The notes: generated from the letters alone by a model not told the origin. A stretch of DNA of 64,000 nucleotides from an uncultured Acidobacteriota bacterium (GCA_913043225.1 CAJWLU010000011.1:32001-96000), one strand, 5' to 3'. Positions 9,002 to 18,549 are shown, counted from the stretch's first letter. Translations and numbers: made by a program.

Positions 9002-10047
9002 CAGCGCAACGTCAACATCTCGGCAGCGAACCCGGGTCCGAGCGCAATCATGAATCCCAGCTCATCCGCGACCGGACGACCGGACCGCACCAGATCGTTG
9101 AGCATAAAGAGCACAGACGCGCTCGACTGGTTCCCGTATTCGCGCATAGCGGCCCGGGCGCCGTCGACGGCCTCATTGTCGAATCCCAGCGCCGATCGGT
9201 AGGTGGCCATCACCTTGGCTCCGCCCGGATGCAGCAGGTGGTGATGTAGGTCAGACAAGCCCAGCCCCTGCGCCTCAAGGAAGCGCTCGACGGCCGGCTT
9301 CACACCAGTCGCCACAAAGGCCGGCACGTCGCGCGACAAGATCAACCGCATCCCGTCACCCGTGAACCGCCATCCCATCAGATGTGGTACCTCTCCAAAC
9401 AGATAAGTCTGTGTGGCGATCACCTGCGGACCGTCCTGCGTAACCTCATCGCCAGTGAGCAGCACCGCGGCGGCGCCATCACCGAACAGCGCCACACCGA
9501 CCAGATCGATGACGCTCTCGGCCGAGGGAGAGAACACCAGACTGCAAAGCTCGACCGACAAGACGAGAGCGCGCCCCTGCGGCGTCGCCCGCAACGCGTC
9601 GGTCGCCCGGATCAGCGCGCCGGCCCCGCCGGCGCAACCGAGCCCGAACAGCGGGAGACGGCGCACGTCGGGACGCATACCGAGGAAGGGGACCAGCCGA
9701 GCGTCTACGCTTGGCGTCGTCAGGCCGGTAGTGGTGACGAAGAAAAAGTGATCCACCTCGTCGGGTGAAACGCCGGCCTCCTCTAGGCAGGCGCTGACCG
9801 CCTGACCGCCCAGCTCGACGGCGCACTCGGCATAGACCTGATTTCGCTCCTCAAACGACGGTCCCCTCGCATACCAGTCGAGCGGGCGAACGAAGTAACG
9901 GCTGTCGACGCCCGTTCGGTCGAAGACCGGCAGCAGGCGCTCAAGACTGCGATTGCCCCGGCAGACGCCGGCCATCGCTTCACGGATCTCGGTTTGAGCG
10001 AAACGTTGCGGAGGGAGGACGGTGGCGACGGACGCGATGTGAGGCAT
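8998..10047 (-). CDS. Type III polyketide synthase (chalcone/stilbene synthase-like)
   Basis: Cys-His-Asn triad in GLGCAGG, HPGG and YGNQSSAS; LFGDGAAA; GPGF; start reassigned to ATG 10047 (MPHIASVAT). Confidence 0.93.
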   Translation of the reverse strand: MPHIASVATVLPPQRFAQTEIREAMAGVCRGNRSLERLLPVFDRTGVDSRYFVRPLDWYARGPSFEERNQVYAECAVELGGQAVSACLEEAGVSPDEVDHFFFVTTTGLTTPSVDARLVPFLGMRPDVRRLPLFGLGCAGGAGALIRATDALRATPQGRALVLSVELCSLVFSPSAESVIDLVGVALFGDGAAAVLLTGDEVTQDGPQVIATQTYLFGEVPHLMGWRFTGDGMRLILSRDVPAFVATGVKPAVERFLEAQGLGLSDLHHHLLHPGGAKVMATYRSALGFDNEAVDGARAAMREYGNQSSASVLFMLNDLVRSGRPVADELGFMIALGPGFAAEMLTLRW

Positions 10048-10262
10048 GTCCCAGAGCTCGGTGACTTCGCTGCCTGATGATACATGCCGGGGACGGAAAC
10101 GAAACGGTGACTGCGGGATGCCGAAGAGCTGGCAGGAACTCGGCGGGATTCTGTGGGATAATCCCTGATCAGTTAGGGCACGCTTGCGCCGATCCGCCCC
10201 GGCGGCTTCGGCTTCATCTGCAGCATCCGGCTTCGCCTTCGGGCAGAGCCAGGAGGAGCACA

Positions 10263-11573
10263 GTGAGAACTTTGCAGTCGATCGTCGCCATCGCGCTCTT
10301 CGCGCTCGTTGCGTTCCCCGCCGGCGCAGCCGCGCAGGTTCCGGAAAATCCGACCTTCGCCGACGATATCGCCCCAATCTTCTATGAGAGCTGTGTGAAC
10401 TGTCATCGACCGGGCGAAATCGCACCAATGTCGCTCATCAGCTACCAGGATGCACGCCCTTGGGCACGGTCGATCCGGAACAAAGTCGAGACCCGCGCGA
10501 TGCCCCCATGGCATCTGGACCAGGACATTGGCGTCCAAGATTTTCTGAACGACCCTTCGCTCAGTGACGACCAGATCGCCACGATCGTGAAGTGGGTCGA
10601 CACCGGCGCGCCGCAGGGCAATCCGGCCAACACGCCGAAGCCGCCGGAGTTCGCTCCAGCCGATGCCTGGCAGATTGGCGAGCCCGACCTGGTCGTGCAG
10701 TTCCCCACCCACACGGTGCCGGCCGCCGGCCCCGACCTATTTGGCGACCTGTTTACCGACTTCGGGCTGAGTCAGGACCGCTACATCACGGCCATCCAGA
10801 CCAAGCCGGTCGGCGACAAGGCGCGCCAAGTGGTGCACCACGCGCTCTCCTATGCCGTCGAGCAGGACGAGGATGGCGAGCGGATGGGCGGCGGCCAGTT
10901 CCTGGTCGAATACGCCTCAGGCAAGCAGGCCGAGATCTACCCGGAGGGCACCGGTCTTATGCTACCGGCCGACAGCGAGGCGCGGCTCAGCTATCACCTC
11001 CACTCGATAGGTGAGGACATCGACGCCGTGGTCGAACTCGGCATCAACTTCCTCCCCGAGGGCGAAGAGCCGGAGCACATCCGCTACTCGAAGCAGCTGG
11101 CTGGTTCGCACGGCCGGACCATCGGCGTGCTCGACATCCCTTCGGGCGAGGTGTCCAGATCTGATGGCTACGCTCGCTTCAACAAGGCGGCCAAGATCAC
11201 CATGTTCCAGCCGCACATGCACATGCTGGGTGTCTACCAGTGCATCGAGTTCATCTACCCAACACAGCCGGTGCGCGCCGAGACGGTGAACTGCGCGCGG
11301 TTCGACTACAACTGGCACATGAACTACAACTACTCTGAGGATTCGATGCCGCTCATCCCGGCCGGCACCATCCTCCACACCACTACGTGGTTCGACAACT
11401 CGTCGGGCAACCGTGGCAACGTCGACCCGAACAACTGGGTGGGCGCCGGTCAGCGCACGGTGGACGAGATGGGCTTCGCCTGGATAGGCTGGTATGACCT
11501 GACCGACGAAGAGTACGAGGCCGAGGTTGCGGCCCGGCAGGAGGCCCGGGAACGCACCGACGACGACAATTAG
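10263..11573 (+). CDS. Exported cytochrome c / copper type II (PHM/DBH-like) monooxygenase-fold fusion protein
   Basis: AGGAGGAG SD before GTG 10263; signal peptide; CVNCH plus MPPW heme domain; VVHHAL, LSYHLH, PHMHM and DEMG copper-ligand pattern. Confidence 0.82.
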   Translation: MRTLQSIVAIALFALVAFPAGAAAQVPENPTFADDIAPIFYESCVNCHRPGEIAPMSLISYQDARPWARSIRNKVETRAMPPWHLDQDIGVQDFLNDPSLSDDQIATIVKWVDTGAPQGNPANTPKPPEFAPADAWQIGEPDLVVQFPTHTVPAAGPDLFGDLFTDFGLSQDRYITAIQTKPVGDKARQVVHHALSYAVEQDEDGERMGGGQFLVEYASGKQAEIYPEGTGLMLPADSEARLSYHLHSIGEDIDAVVELGINFLPEGEEPEHIRYSKQLAGSHGRTIGVLDIPSGEVSRSDGYARFNKAAKITMFQPHMHMLGVYQCIEFIYPTQPVRAETVNCARFDYNWHMNYNYSEDSMPLIPAGTILHTTTWFDNSSGNRGNVDPNNWVGAGQRTVDEMGFAWIGWYDLTDEEYEAEVAARQEARERTDDDN

Positions 11574-11599
11574 CGGCGTACTTTCGCCGCCACACCTCG

Positions 11600-11634
11600 G
11601 ACGCGGGATCCGGCCTGGGGTCGGATCCCGCGTC
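11600..11634 (+). repeat. Intergenic 16-bp GC-rich inverted repeat (stem-loop without a U-tract)
   Basis: GACGCGGGATCCGGCC-TGG-GGTCGGATCCCGCGTC, with one G-U pair. Confidence 0.8.
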
Positions 11635-11659
11635 GTACCAGCCTCCAGACAACCGACTC

Positions 11660-12529
11660 ATGGATCGATATTTCACGATCTCGGCGCTCGTGCTGACGGT
11701 GGCACTCTCGACGGCCACGCTCGCCACTGGGCAAGCCTCGTCGACCCACTTCCGGTTCAACTCCGGGCAGTCGATCCAGCCGTTCTTTGACGGCTGGACC
11801 CATAACGACGATGGGTCGTTCGAGTTTCACTTTGCCTACCTGAACCGGAACTACGTGGAGGAGCTTCACATTCCGGCCGGACCGAACAACTACGTCTCGC
11901 CAGGAAGGCTTGACCAGGGCCAACCGACCTACTTTTACCCACGCCAGCATTCAAAGATGTTCAGCGTGACGGTCCCCGCAGACTTCGGCGACGGCGAGGT
12001 GGTATGGGAAGTCACGGTGCATGGAGAGACCTACCGCGCGGTGGGCTGGCTCCTACCAGAATGGGAGATCGACCCGAACCCTGGCGACAACCGGACTCCG
12101 CCAGACGTACTTGCCGCGAACCAGGCTCCGAATCTCTCGGTCGCCTCAACGGCCAGCGGCTCGACGGACAACCAGGTAACCATCGAGGCTAGCGTCAGCG
12201 ATGACGGCATTCCTGAGCCTCGGCAATTCCGTGGCGGCAGCGGGAACGTCACTCCGACCTTCGCGCCCGTGGACGACAGTCCGACGCTTCCGAACAACGT
12301 GCCACAACTCCAGAACCAGAACCGCCATCGACCAACCAGAAGCCGGATCGACGGCGTAAACGTCACCTGGACGCAGCTACGTGGACCGGTCGGTGCGCGC
12401 CTCGAAAGCAGCGAGAATGTCGCCTCGGTCGTCGCGACCTTCGACACTCCAGGCGCCTATCTGTTTCGCGTACAGGCCTCGGACGGCCCTGCAACCGTGG
12501 TCGAAATGGTTGAGATTACGGTTCGCTAG
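11660..12529 (+). CDS. Exported hypothetical protein with a C-terminal PKD/Ig-like segment
   Basis: Signal peptide; GQSIQPFFDGW, FAYLNRNY and QPTYFYPR; C-terminal WTQLRGP...FDTPGAYLFRVQASDG. Confidence 0.75.
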   Translation: MDRYFTISALVLTVALSTATLATGQASSTHFRFNSGQSIQPFFDGWTHNDDGSFEFHFAYLNRNYVEELHIPAGPNNYVSPGRLDQGQPTYFYPRQHSKMFSVTVPADFGDGEVVWEVTVHGETYRAVGWLLPEWEIDPNPGDNRTPPDVLAANQAPNLSVASTASGSTDNQVTIEASVSDDGIPEPRQFRGGSGNVTPTFAPVDDSPTLPNNVPQLQNQNRHRPTRSRIDGVNVTWTQLRGPVGARLESSENVASVVATFDTPGAYLFRVQASDGPATVVEMVEITVR

Positions 12530-12623
12530 CGCGCTGGTCGCTGACATGCCGGCGGTCCAGCGACCTTGAAGAGTTTGCCGACACGAGAGCCTATTCGCCC
12601 AACTCTGACCCAAAGCTCACTTA

Positions 12624-12668
12624 CAAGAAAAGGCCCGGCCGGTAACGACCCGGTCGGGCCTTTTCTTG
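12624..12668. terminator. Bidirectional intrinsic terminator
   Basis: CAAGAAAAGGCCCGGCCGG-loop-CCGGTCGGGCCTTTTCTTG between convergent genes, with A/T tracts on both sides. Confidence 0.9.
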
Positions 12669-12687
12669 CGTCTGCAGTGGCTCTACT

Positions 12688-13701
12688 TTACGACAGCAAA
12701 CGCTGGATATGCGGTCGTAGTTCTTCGTAGGGCATGTCGCCGGGGTTGTAGAGGCGCACGACACCTTCGAGGTCGATGACCACCAGCGTCGGGGTGGTGC
12801 TCACCCCGAAGTCCACGAAGTTCTGCTGGCTGACCGGGACGCTCATGAACGACGGAATCGGAAAACGTTCCTGGTAGGCCCCTCGGAGATACGCCAGTTC
12901 CTGCTCGGGCGTCGCATCCTGTCCGCGGGAGGTATAGCCGTAGAGCTGGGTCGGACCAAGGATGGCGATCCGGTCGCCATACTCTTCGTGCAACTGTTCG
13001 AGCACCGGAACCTGACGCTTGCAGTCGGGACACCAGTGGGCCCAGAAGAACGCCACCACCACCTTGCCTTCGAGGCTCTCCCCGGTGGGCAGCGGTTCGC
13101 CGACATACTCCTGCACGTCGAGCGTCGGGAACGGCTGCCCTTCTAGACTGAGCAGCATAACGTTCTTCTGGATCCGGGTCTCAACCGGCGTATCGCGGTA
13201 GGCCTCTCGTTGCGCGATCAGAAACGTCACCGCCTCGTCACGGTCGCCCCCCGAGTTCATTGCCTGCCCCAGCACTTCGATGCCAGCCCCCAGCGCGAGT
13301 TCGAGCGAGCGATTGTCTACAAGGTCGTGGGCATCGAGCACCGCCACGCTACCCTCGAACGCCTCGCGAGCGTACTGCGCAGCGACGACCCATCGGCCCT
13401 CGAAGCTTGCACCGCGCCCCAGCCAGGAGACGGCCAGCAGCCATTCGGGCGAAGCTGTGTCGTGCCGGGCCCGCTGCGACTCGATGAGCATCTGTGCCTG
13501 GTCGACCTCTCCGGCCCAGGCGAGGTCACTCATTTGCGCTACCAGCTCAACCGGCGCCAGTAGCACTCCGTCGGCCACGGGTGCAGCCACTTCGGCCACA
13601 GGGAGCACATCCGCTGTCTCCCGTCCCGGCTGGGCGCCGCAAGCCACCAAAAGCAGATACGGGACTATCAACAAACACTCGGCGGCGGGTTTGACTGTCA
13701 T
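12688..13701 (-). CDS. TlpA-like thiol-disulfide oxidoreductase lipoprotein with an N-terminal helical domain
   Basis: Lipobox LVAC; FFWAHWCPDC active site; cis-Pro motif FGVSTTPT; AGGAG SD. Confidence 0.88.
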   Translation of the reverse strand: MTVKPAAECLLIVPYLLLVACGAQPGRETADVLPVAEVAAPVADGVLLAPVELVAQMSDLAWAGEVDQAQMLIESQRARHDTASPEWLLAVSWLGRGASFEGRWVVAAQYAREAFEGSVAVLDAHDLVDNRSLELALGAGIEVLGQAMNSGGDRDEAVTFLIAQREAYRDTPVETRIQKNVMLLSLEGQPFPTLDVQEYVGEPLPTGESLEGKVVVAFFWAHWCPDCKRQVPVLEQLHEEYGDRIAILGPTQLYGYTSRGQDATPEQELAYLRGAYQERFPIPSFMSVPVSQQNFVDFGVSTTPTLVVIDLEGVVRLYNPGDMPYEELRPHIQRLLS

Positions 13702-13832
13702 GACTCTCCTTCCGAGCTAGAACTGTCTCTCGACGATTCTACCCCGCTCTCCAGAACGCCCGCGGAACGCGCCGACCTTCCGAGCCAGACGCTCAACACG
13801 TTCAGCATCCCACACCGACCTATAATCCCCAG

Positions 13833-14327
13833 ATGATCGGCCAGCCGGCTCGAGTCTCGCTCGTGCTCTTCGGGCTCGCCCTGGCGGTCGCCTGTGCACC
13901 GGCGCCGGCGGTTGAGCCAGAGCCCGCTGCGAACTCGGAACCAGTGGCGGCGGCGGCGCCATCCACGGCCTTCATCAATCTGCTGCCATGGGGAAAGGTC
14001 GATTTCTCACGAGGCGAGTTCCCGTCGCTTGGAACCTGCAACGGCTGGGTCCGGGCACTGCCGACCTATTCCTTCTACACCACGCCGGAGCGCTGTGAAC
14101 CGCTCGAGGACCCACTCTACTGCACGCGCTGGCAAGATCCAGACGGACCAGCCGAGATCGACTGCTTCAAGGGACGGGGCGGCTGCGAAGTCGAGTTGCC
14201 GCGACACGAGATGCGGGCCGAGAACAGCGGGCGTGTCATCGCGGGTCGGTGTGAACCGACGCCGCTGGCGCAAGCCTGGAGCGAATATCAGGCCTTCCAC
14301 CCCAAACTCGAACCGGCTGGGCCCTAA
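13833..14327 (+). CDS. Cys-rich hypothetical lipoprotein
   Basis: Lipobox AVAC; six further Cys; TATAAT ends 6 nt before the ATG. Confidence 0.7.
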   Translation: MIGQPARVSLVLFGLALAVACAPAPAVEPEPAANSEPVAAAAPSTAFINLLPWGKVDFSRGEFPSLGTCNGWVRALPTYSFYTTPERCEPLEDPLYCTRWQDPDGPAEIDCFKGRGGCEVELPRHEMRAENSGRVIAGRCEPTPLAQAWSEYQAFHPKLEPAGP

Positions 14328-14392
14328 ACCCTCGCCCAGTTCACCGGAGCGAGTTATACAGCCCAGCCGTTCTTGAAGCCGCCCGCCCCGGC

Positions 14393-14686
14393 TCAAACCG
14401 TGTCATAGGGATAGCCGATGAAATCGTCCGCACCCTCCGATCGCAGAAGCAGGCACGTCCGACCAAAGCTCAGCGTGTAATGGCCCTCCAGCTAGAGTTC
14501 TCCCCGCACCGGCTGGCGGGTAGCCACCAGCCACTCGATGCCCACATCGATGAAGAAGGGATAGCGTAAATCGCTCTCCAGGTGCGCCGCTGCGCCTGGC
14601 GCAGGCCTGGTCGCCTGGGTCAGTCTGATTCCGGAGCGTGCGTATTCAGCCCGGAGATCGTCTGGTCGCCCAGACGCGCCACGAGC
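14393..14686 (-). pseudogene. Possible decayed gene of unknown family
   Basis: 98-codon frame with host-like codon usage (DDLRAEYARSGIRLTQ...LRYPFFIDVGIEWL...*LEGHYTLSFGRTC...) broken by one TAG at 14492-14494; no convincing start. Confidence 0.3.
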
Positions 14687-14781
14687 TTAAAGCGAACATT
14701 GTTTTTAGTGCCGACCCCTCGCACTTCTACCGGAGGGTCGTACACATTCCAGCAGAACCGCAACAGGATGATGACACTGAG

Positions 14782-15762
14782 TCAGAAATCGCAGCGGACA
14801 CGATGCAGGCCGCCGCGACGGCGACCGGGCGACTCGCTGGTTAAGACGAGCCACCCGTCGTCTTCTGCCCCGATCGCCTCGCCTTGCGGATCCAGCTGAC
14901 CGAGAAAACAGGGTTCCGCGAGCGGTTGCGCATCAGGCTCAAGTGGCCAGGTAAAAACGAATAGCTCGCGATAGGTGCGTATCACGAGCCGGTCGCCCGG
15001 CAGGGTAAAGGTGGCTCCAGTGGCGTAGCGCCTGATCTCTCGGTCTGGCACGATCGGCAGTGGGCGGCCGGCAGCCGGCGTGAGCGTGGCGCCAGACTCA
15101 AGCGCCGCCCGAACCTGGTCGGCAGGAAGCGTGAAGACCAGGGTGGACCTTACCTGCTCCTTGGTCACGATCACTAGATCGCCGGCCGGAGTAACCGCAA
15201 TCCCCTCGGCATCATGCGGGCCATCCGGATATGTAATAGTCAGGGAAGCGACAGCCGCAACGACGATATCGCCGTCGGCCGGGTCCGGCTCTTCGATGAC
15301 ATGGATCTCGACCTGCTCGCGACGTGCCCGGTTATCTCCGATGTCGGCGGCGTAGAGGCAAGACCGCTCGGACTCGTGCGGACAGCGGCCGAGAGTCATC
15401 GCCTCCCAATCCCTTGCTTCCACCCCGTCGACCGCCACGGTCGCCACCAGCATCGCTCGCTCGTCCAGCGCGTAGACCCGAGCCTCGTCGCCCGAGTCGT
15501 TGTGCGTCCAGAACACACCGGGATGCTCCTGGCTCACTCCGAGCCCGGAGGATTCGTTTAGCTCAGCCGGTATGAGCCCCAGCTGGACGATCTCGATCGG
15601 GGCAAACGGCTGCCGACGTGCAACCTCCAACAGCTGCGCCCGGTCGACCTGCTCGCGCGTGACACTAACGTAGGACAAACCGGCCAGACCACCGAGCGCG
15701 AGTCCGAGTAACACCACAGTACGCCCGCCGGGGAACCACCTGGAAACTCGTTTTGTCGCCAT
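14782..15762 (-). CDS. Membrane-anchored beta-propeller protein (SdiA-regulated / esterase-like phytase type)
   Basis: N-terminal TM segment; NESSGL, WTHNDSG, DWEAM, ADIGDN, DAEG and QGEAI motifs. Confidence 0.75.
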   Translation of the reverse strand: MATKRVSRWFPGGRTVVLLGLALGGLAGLSYVSVTREQVDRAQLLEVARRQPFAPIEIVQLGLIPAELNESSGLGVSQEHPGVFWTHNDSGDEARVYALDERAMLVATVAVDGVEARDWEAMTLGRCPHESERSCLYAADIGDNRARREQVEIHVIEEPDPADGDIVVAAVASLTITYPDGPHDAEGIAVTPAGDLVIVTKEQVRSTLVFTLPADQVRAALESGATLTPAAGRPLPIVPDREIRRYATGATFTLPGDRLVIRTYRELFVFTWPLEPDAQPLAEPCFLGQLDPQGEAIGAEDDGWLVLTSESPGRRRGGLHRVRCDF

Positions 15763-15792
15763 CACTGACCTTACACAGGGTAACCCCGGGAG

Positions 15793-15873
15793 GGCACGGC
15801 CGCCCCGCTGGCATGGCCCGACCCGTCCTACGCTCTCACCGATCAGATCATCAAGTGATTGGATACCGAGTAG
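15793..15873 (+). pseudogene. Possible Skp/OmpH C-terminal remnant
   Basis: GTAAPLAWPDPSYALTDQIIK*LDTE* resembles the OmpH tail (xxWADPxxDLTxxIIKxLD); very short match. Confidence 0.35.
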
Positions 15874-16016
15874 ACCGCGCCTCGCCAGACTCTCCCACGG
15901 CTATTTCAGGCGCGAGTGACGTTTATCCGTATGGCGTTCACCGTGTATCCCCGATCAGGCGCTGGTGGTACGATGGACTTGGGACACAGGTGTCGCCAGG
16001 TAGTTGGAGCTGATTC

Positions 16017-16574
16017 ATGGATCGACAGATTCGACGACTAGGGCTCGGGTTGTGCGCCATACTCGCGTTCGTCCACCACGCCAACGCGCAAGTGATCCCC
16101 TTGAGTTTTTCCGAGCTCGTCGACGGGGCCGATTCGATCGTGGTCGCCGAGGCGATCGACTCCCGGTCTGAATGGGTCAACGGCGCCTCATCGCGCCACA
16201 TCGTGACCCGCATGACCTTCCGAGTCGAGGACACCGTGAAGGGGTTGAACCGGGTGCTGCTACCGCTCGAGTTCCTCGGCGGCCAGGTGGGCAACATGCG
16301 CCAGGAGGTGTCTGGAGTTCCCCAGATCAACATCGGCGACCGCGCGGTGCTCTTCATCTCGGCCGACCGCGCCGCCAGCCCGATCGTCGGGCTCATGCAG
16401 GGACACTTTCCGATCAATCGGGCTCCTGACGGTACCGACTTCGTCGCCCTGCACAATCGACGTGCTTTCTCGGCGGTCGCCCAAATCGGAAATCCCGTCC
16501 TAGTCAGCCCGGTCGCGCTGCCCACGATGACACTCAACGCCTTCCGCAATGAAATCGGCCAACTGGTGCGCTGA
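16017..16574 (+). CDS. Exported protein resembling the pro-domain-like module that precedes acidobacterial matrixins
   Basis: Signal peptide; LSFSELVDGADSIV, FLGGQVG, SGVPQINIGDRAVLF and VGLMQGHF. Confidence 0.7.
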   Translation: MDRQIRRLGLGLCAILAFVHHANAQVIPLSFSELVDGADSIVVAEAIDSRSEWVNGASSRHIVTRMTFRVEDTVKGLNRVLLPLEFLGGQVGNMRQEVSGVPQINIGDRAVLFISADRAASPIVGLMQGHFPINRAPDGTDFVALHNRRAFSAVAQIGNPVLVSPVALPTMTLNAFRNEIGQLVR

Positions 16575-16597
16575 GGCGTGTCGAAGTAAAGCTACAC

Positions 16598-17743
16598 ATG
16601 TCTCAGTTCAAACGCGCCGCCATCGCCCTGGCGCTCATTGCACTGACCACGAGCGCGTACTCGGTCTTAAGCTTCGCGCTCATGAACAACCGCTGGGACG
16701 CCGGCGCCATCAACATGGAGCTACAACTGGGCGATGCACCCGGCGGACTCATCGACGGGTCAACCGACTGGAACGCCTGCGCGAAAGACGCGCTCACCGC
16801 GTGGAACAACATCCTTGGTCCCACCGGCCGCAGCTTTAACGCGATCATGGGCTCAACGCGCACGCCAGACGAACCGGATGAAGTCAATAGTGTATTCTTC
16901 TCGGACAACATCTTCGGGATGCCGTTCGGCGAGAGCACCCTGGCGATCGCCAGCACCTGGATCATCGTCCAGGACGGCATCGACCGACGGGTCGAGTCGG
17001 ACATCGTCTTCAATAACGCCCAGAGCTTCAACTGCTACCGCGGAGCGTTGCGCAGTCTCGGCTCGACGCCGGAGGGCGCGGGCGTCGATCTGCAGCGAGT
17101 GGCGGCCCACGAATTCGGACACACGCTCGGCCTGCTGCACCCCGACGAGAACGGACAGCAGGTCACGGCACTGATGAACGCCTTTATCAGCGATGTGGAC
17201 ACCATCCAGACCGACGACATCAACGGCGCGCTAACACTCTACGGTGTAGCCGTCATCGGCATCCCGTTCCCGCCGCGCAATGAGGTTCTCGACTACTTCC
17301 TCACCCTGGAGAACGAGTACCGGGATACCCTGGGTCGCGAGCAGACCAATCAGGGATTCGTCGACGCGGAGGGTTCGGCGGTCTGGTTCCCTGAGTGGCT
17401 CCGCTACGTGTTGAACGGCTGCACGTCGGCTGAAGCCACCAACCGGGTCCTGCTGCAAATTCGCGGTCACGGTATTCAGCCGGTCTGCGGCGTGGCGGCG
17501 GAAGGAACTATCAACTTCCCGCCCCGGAACGAGTCTCTCGACTTCCTAGAGGCGCTCGACACCTTCTACCGCGACGAACTGAGTCGTGAGGTTATCCTCA
17601 GCTTCGTCAATCTGGAAGGCAAGGCGGTCTGGCTGCAGGAATATCTGCGCTACCGAGTCAACGGCTGCAACAACCAGCAGGCCGCCGACCGGGTATTCCA
17701 GCAGATCCGGGGCGGCGGAAGCGCGCCCATCTGCGCCACCTAG
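16598..17743 (+). CDS. Matrixin (M10/metzincin) metalloprotease with a duplicated C-terminal domain
   Basis: Signal peptide; HEFGHTLGLLH zinc motif; Met-turn ALMN; DDING; two ~74-aa C-terminal repeats. Confidence 0.9.
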   Translation: MSQFKRAAIALALIALTTSAYSVLSFALMNNRWDAGAINMELQLGDAPGGLIDGSTDWNACAKDALTAWNNILGPTGRSFNAIMGSTRTPDEPDEVNSVFFSDNIFGMPFGESTLAIASTWIIVQDGIDRRVESDIVFNNAQSFNCYRGALRSLGSTPEGAGVDLQRVAAHEFGHTLGLLHPDENGQQVTALMNAFISDVDTIQTDDINGALTLYGVAVIGIPFPPRNEVLDYFLTLENEYRDTLGREQTNQGFVDAEGSAVWFPEWLRYVLNGCTSAEATNRVLLQIRGHGIQPVCGVAAEGTINFPPRNESLDFLEALDTFYRDELSREVILSFVNLEGKAVWLQEYLRYRVNGCNNQQAADRVFQQIRGGGSAPICAT

Positions 17744-17748
17744 CCACA

Positions 17749-17782
17749 CGTCGCAGGCCTGGCCCAGGTCCGGCCTGCGACG
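17749..17782 (+). terminator. Stem-loop after the matrixin gene (possible terminator or stabiliser)
   Basis: CGTCGCAGGCC...GGCCTGCGACG 11-bp perfect stem; weak U-tract. Confidence 0.55.
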
Positions 17783-17804
17783 AAATTCCCTTTAGCTTGG
17801 ACCC

Positions 17805-18545
17805 ATGCCGAAGAGTACCTTCTACAAACTGGGCCGCCTCACCGGCGGCAAGGTCCGTAAGGCCAAGTGGATGTGGCACTCGCTCGCCGGCGATGAGCCG
17901 GAAGCGATTGAAGCCGAGTACGGCGTGGGCCGTGACATGGCTGCCGTGGTCCGTGAGCGGAGCGGCGTCGACGACCCGGCGCTGATCACTCTGCTCGACG
18001 ACACTCTCGGCCACCTGACTCCGGTGGTGCGAAACAAACTGCACCGTTTCCATGTGGGCCTAGTCGACGAGCCGGAACCAACCGCTTACGCGCTGCCTGG
18101 CGGATTCATCTTCGTTACCAGCTCGCTGACCAACCTGTGCGAGCGGAACCACGACGAACTGGCGTTCGTGGTGGCCCACGAGATGTCGCACGTCATCCGT
18201 CGGCATGCCATCAACCGCGTCTTGCGCCAGACCGCCTATGCGGCCGCCTCGGTCCTTACCCCTGGACGGGGCGCCATCGGCCCCTGGCTGCGCAAGGCGG
18301 GACTCGAGTGGCTGGAGCGGGCCTACTCGCAGGATCAGGAGTTCGAGGCGGACGCGCTTGGGGGGCTAATGATGCGTGCCGCCGGCTACGACCCGGAAGG
18401 GGCGATCCGCCTGTTCCAGCGGTTTCGCGCCTTGGGTCCACTCGGAGGCGACGAGGACACCCTCGGCACGTATCTCTCGACCCACCCACCCGTGGACGAA
18501 CGGATTGCTCGCTTGCGGAAACGTCTGGCCAAGAAAACGACCTAG
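17805..18545 (+). CDS. M48 family metallopeptidase
   Basis: AYALPGG, AHEMSH, YSQDQEFEAD and LSTHP motifs. Confidence 0.92.
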   Translation: MPKSTFYKLGRLTGGKVRKAKWMWHSLAGDEPEAIEAEYGVGRDMAAVVRERSGVDDPALITLLDDTLGHLTPVVRNKLHRFHVGLVDEPEPTAYALPGGFIFVTSSLTNLCERNHDELAFVVAHEMSHVIRRHAINRVLRQTAYAAASVLTPGRGAIGPWLRKAGLEWLERAYSQDQEFEADALGGLMMRAAGYDPEGAIRLFQRFRALGPLGGDEDTLGTYLSTHPPVDERIARLRKRLAKKTT

Positions 18546-18549
18546 GGAG

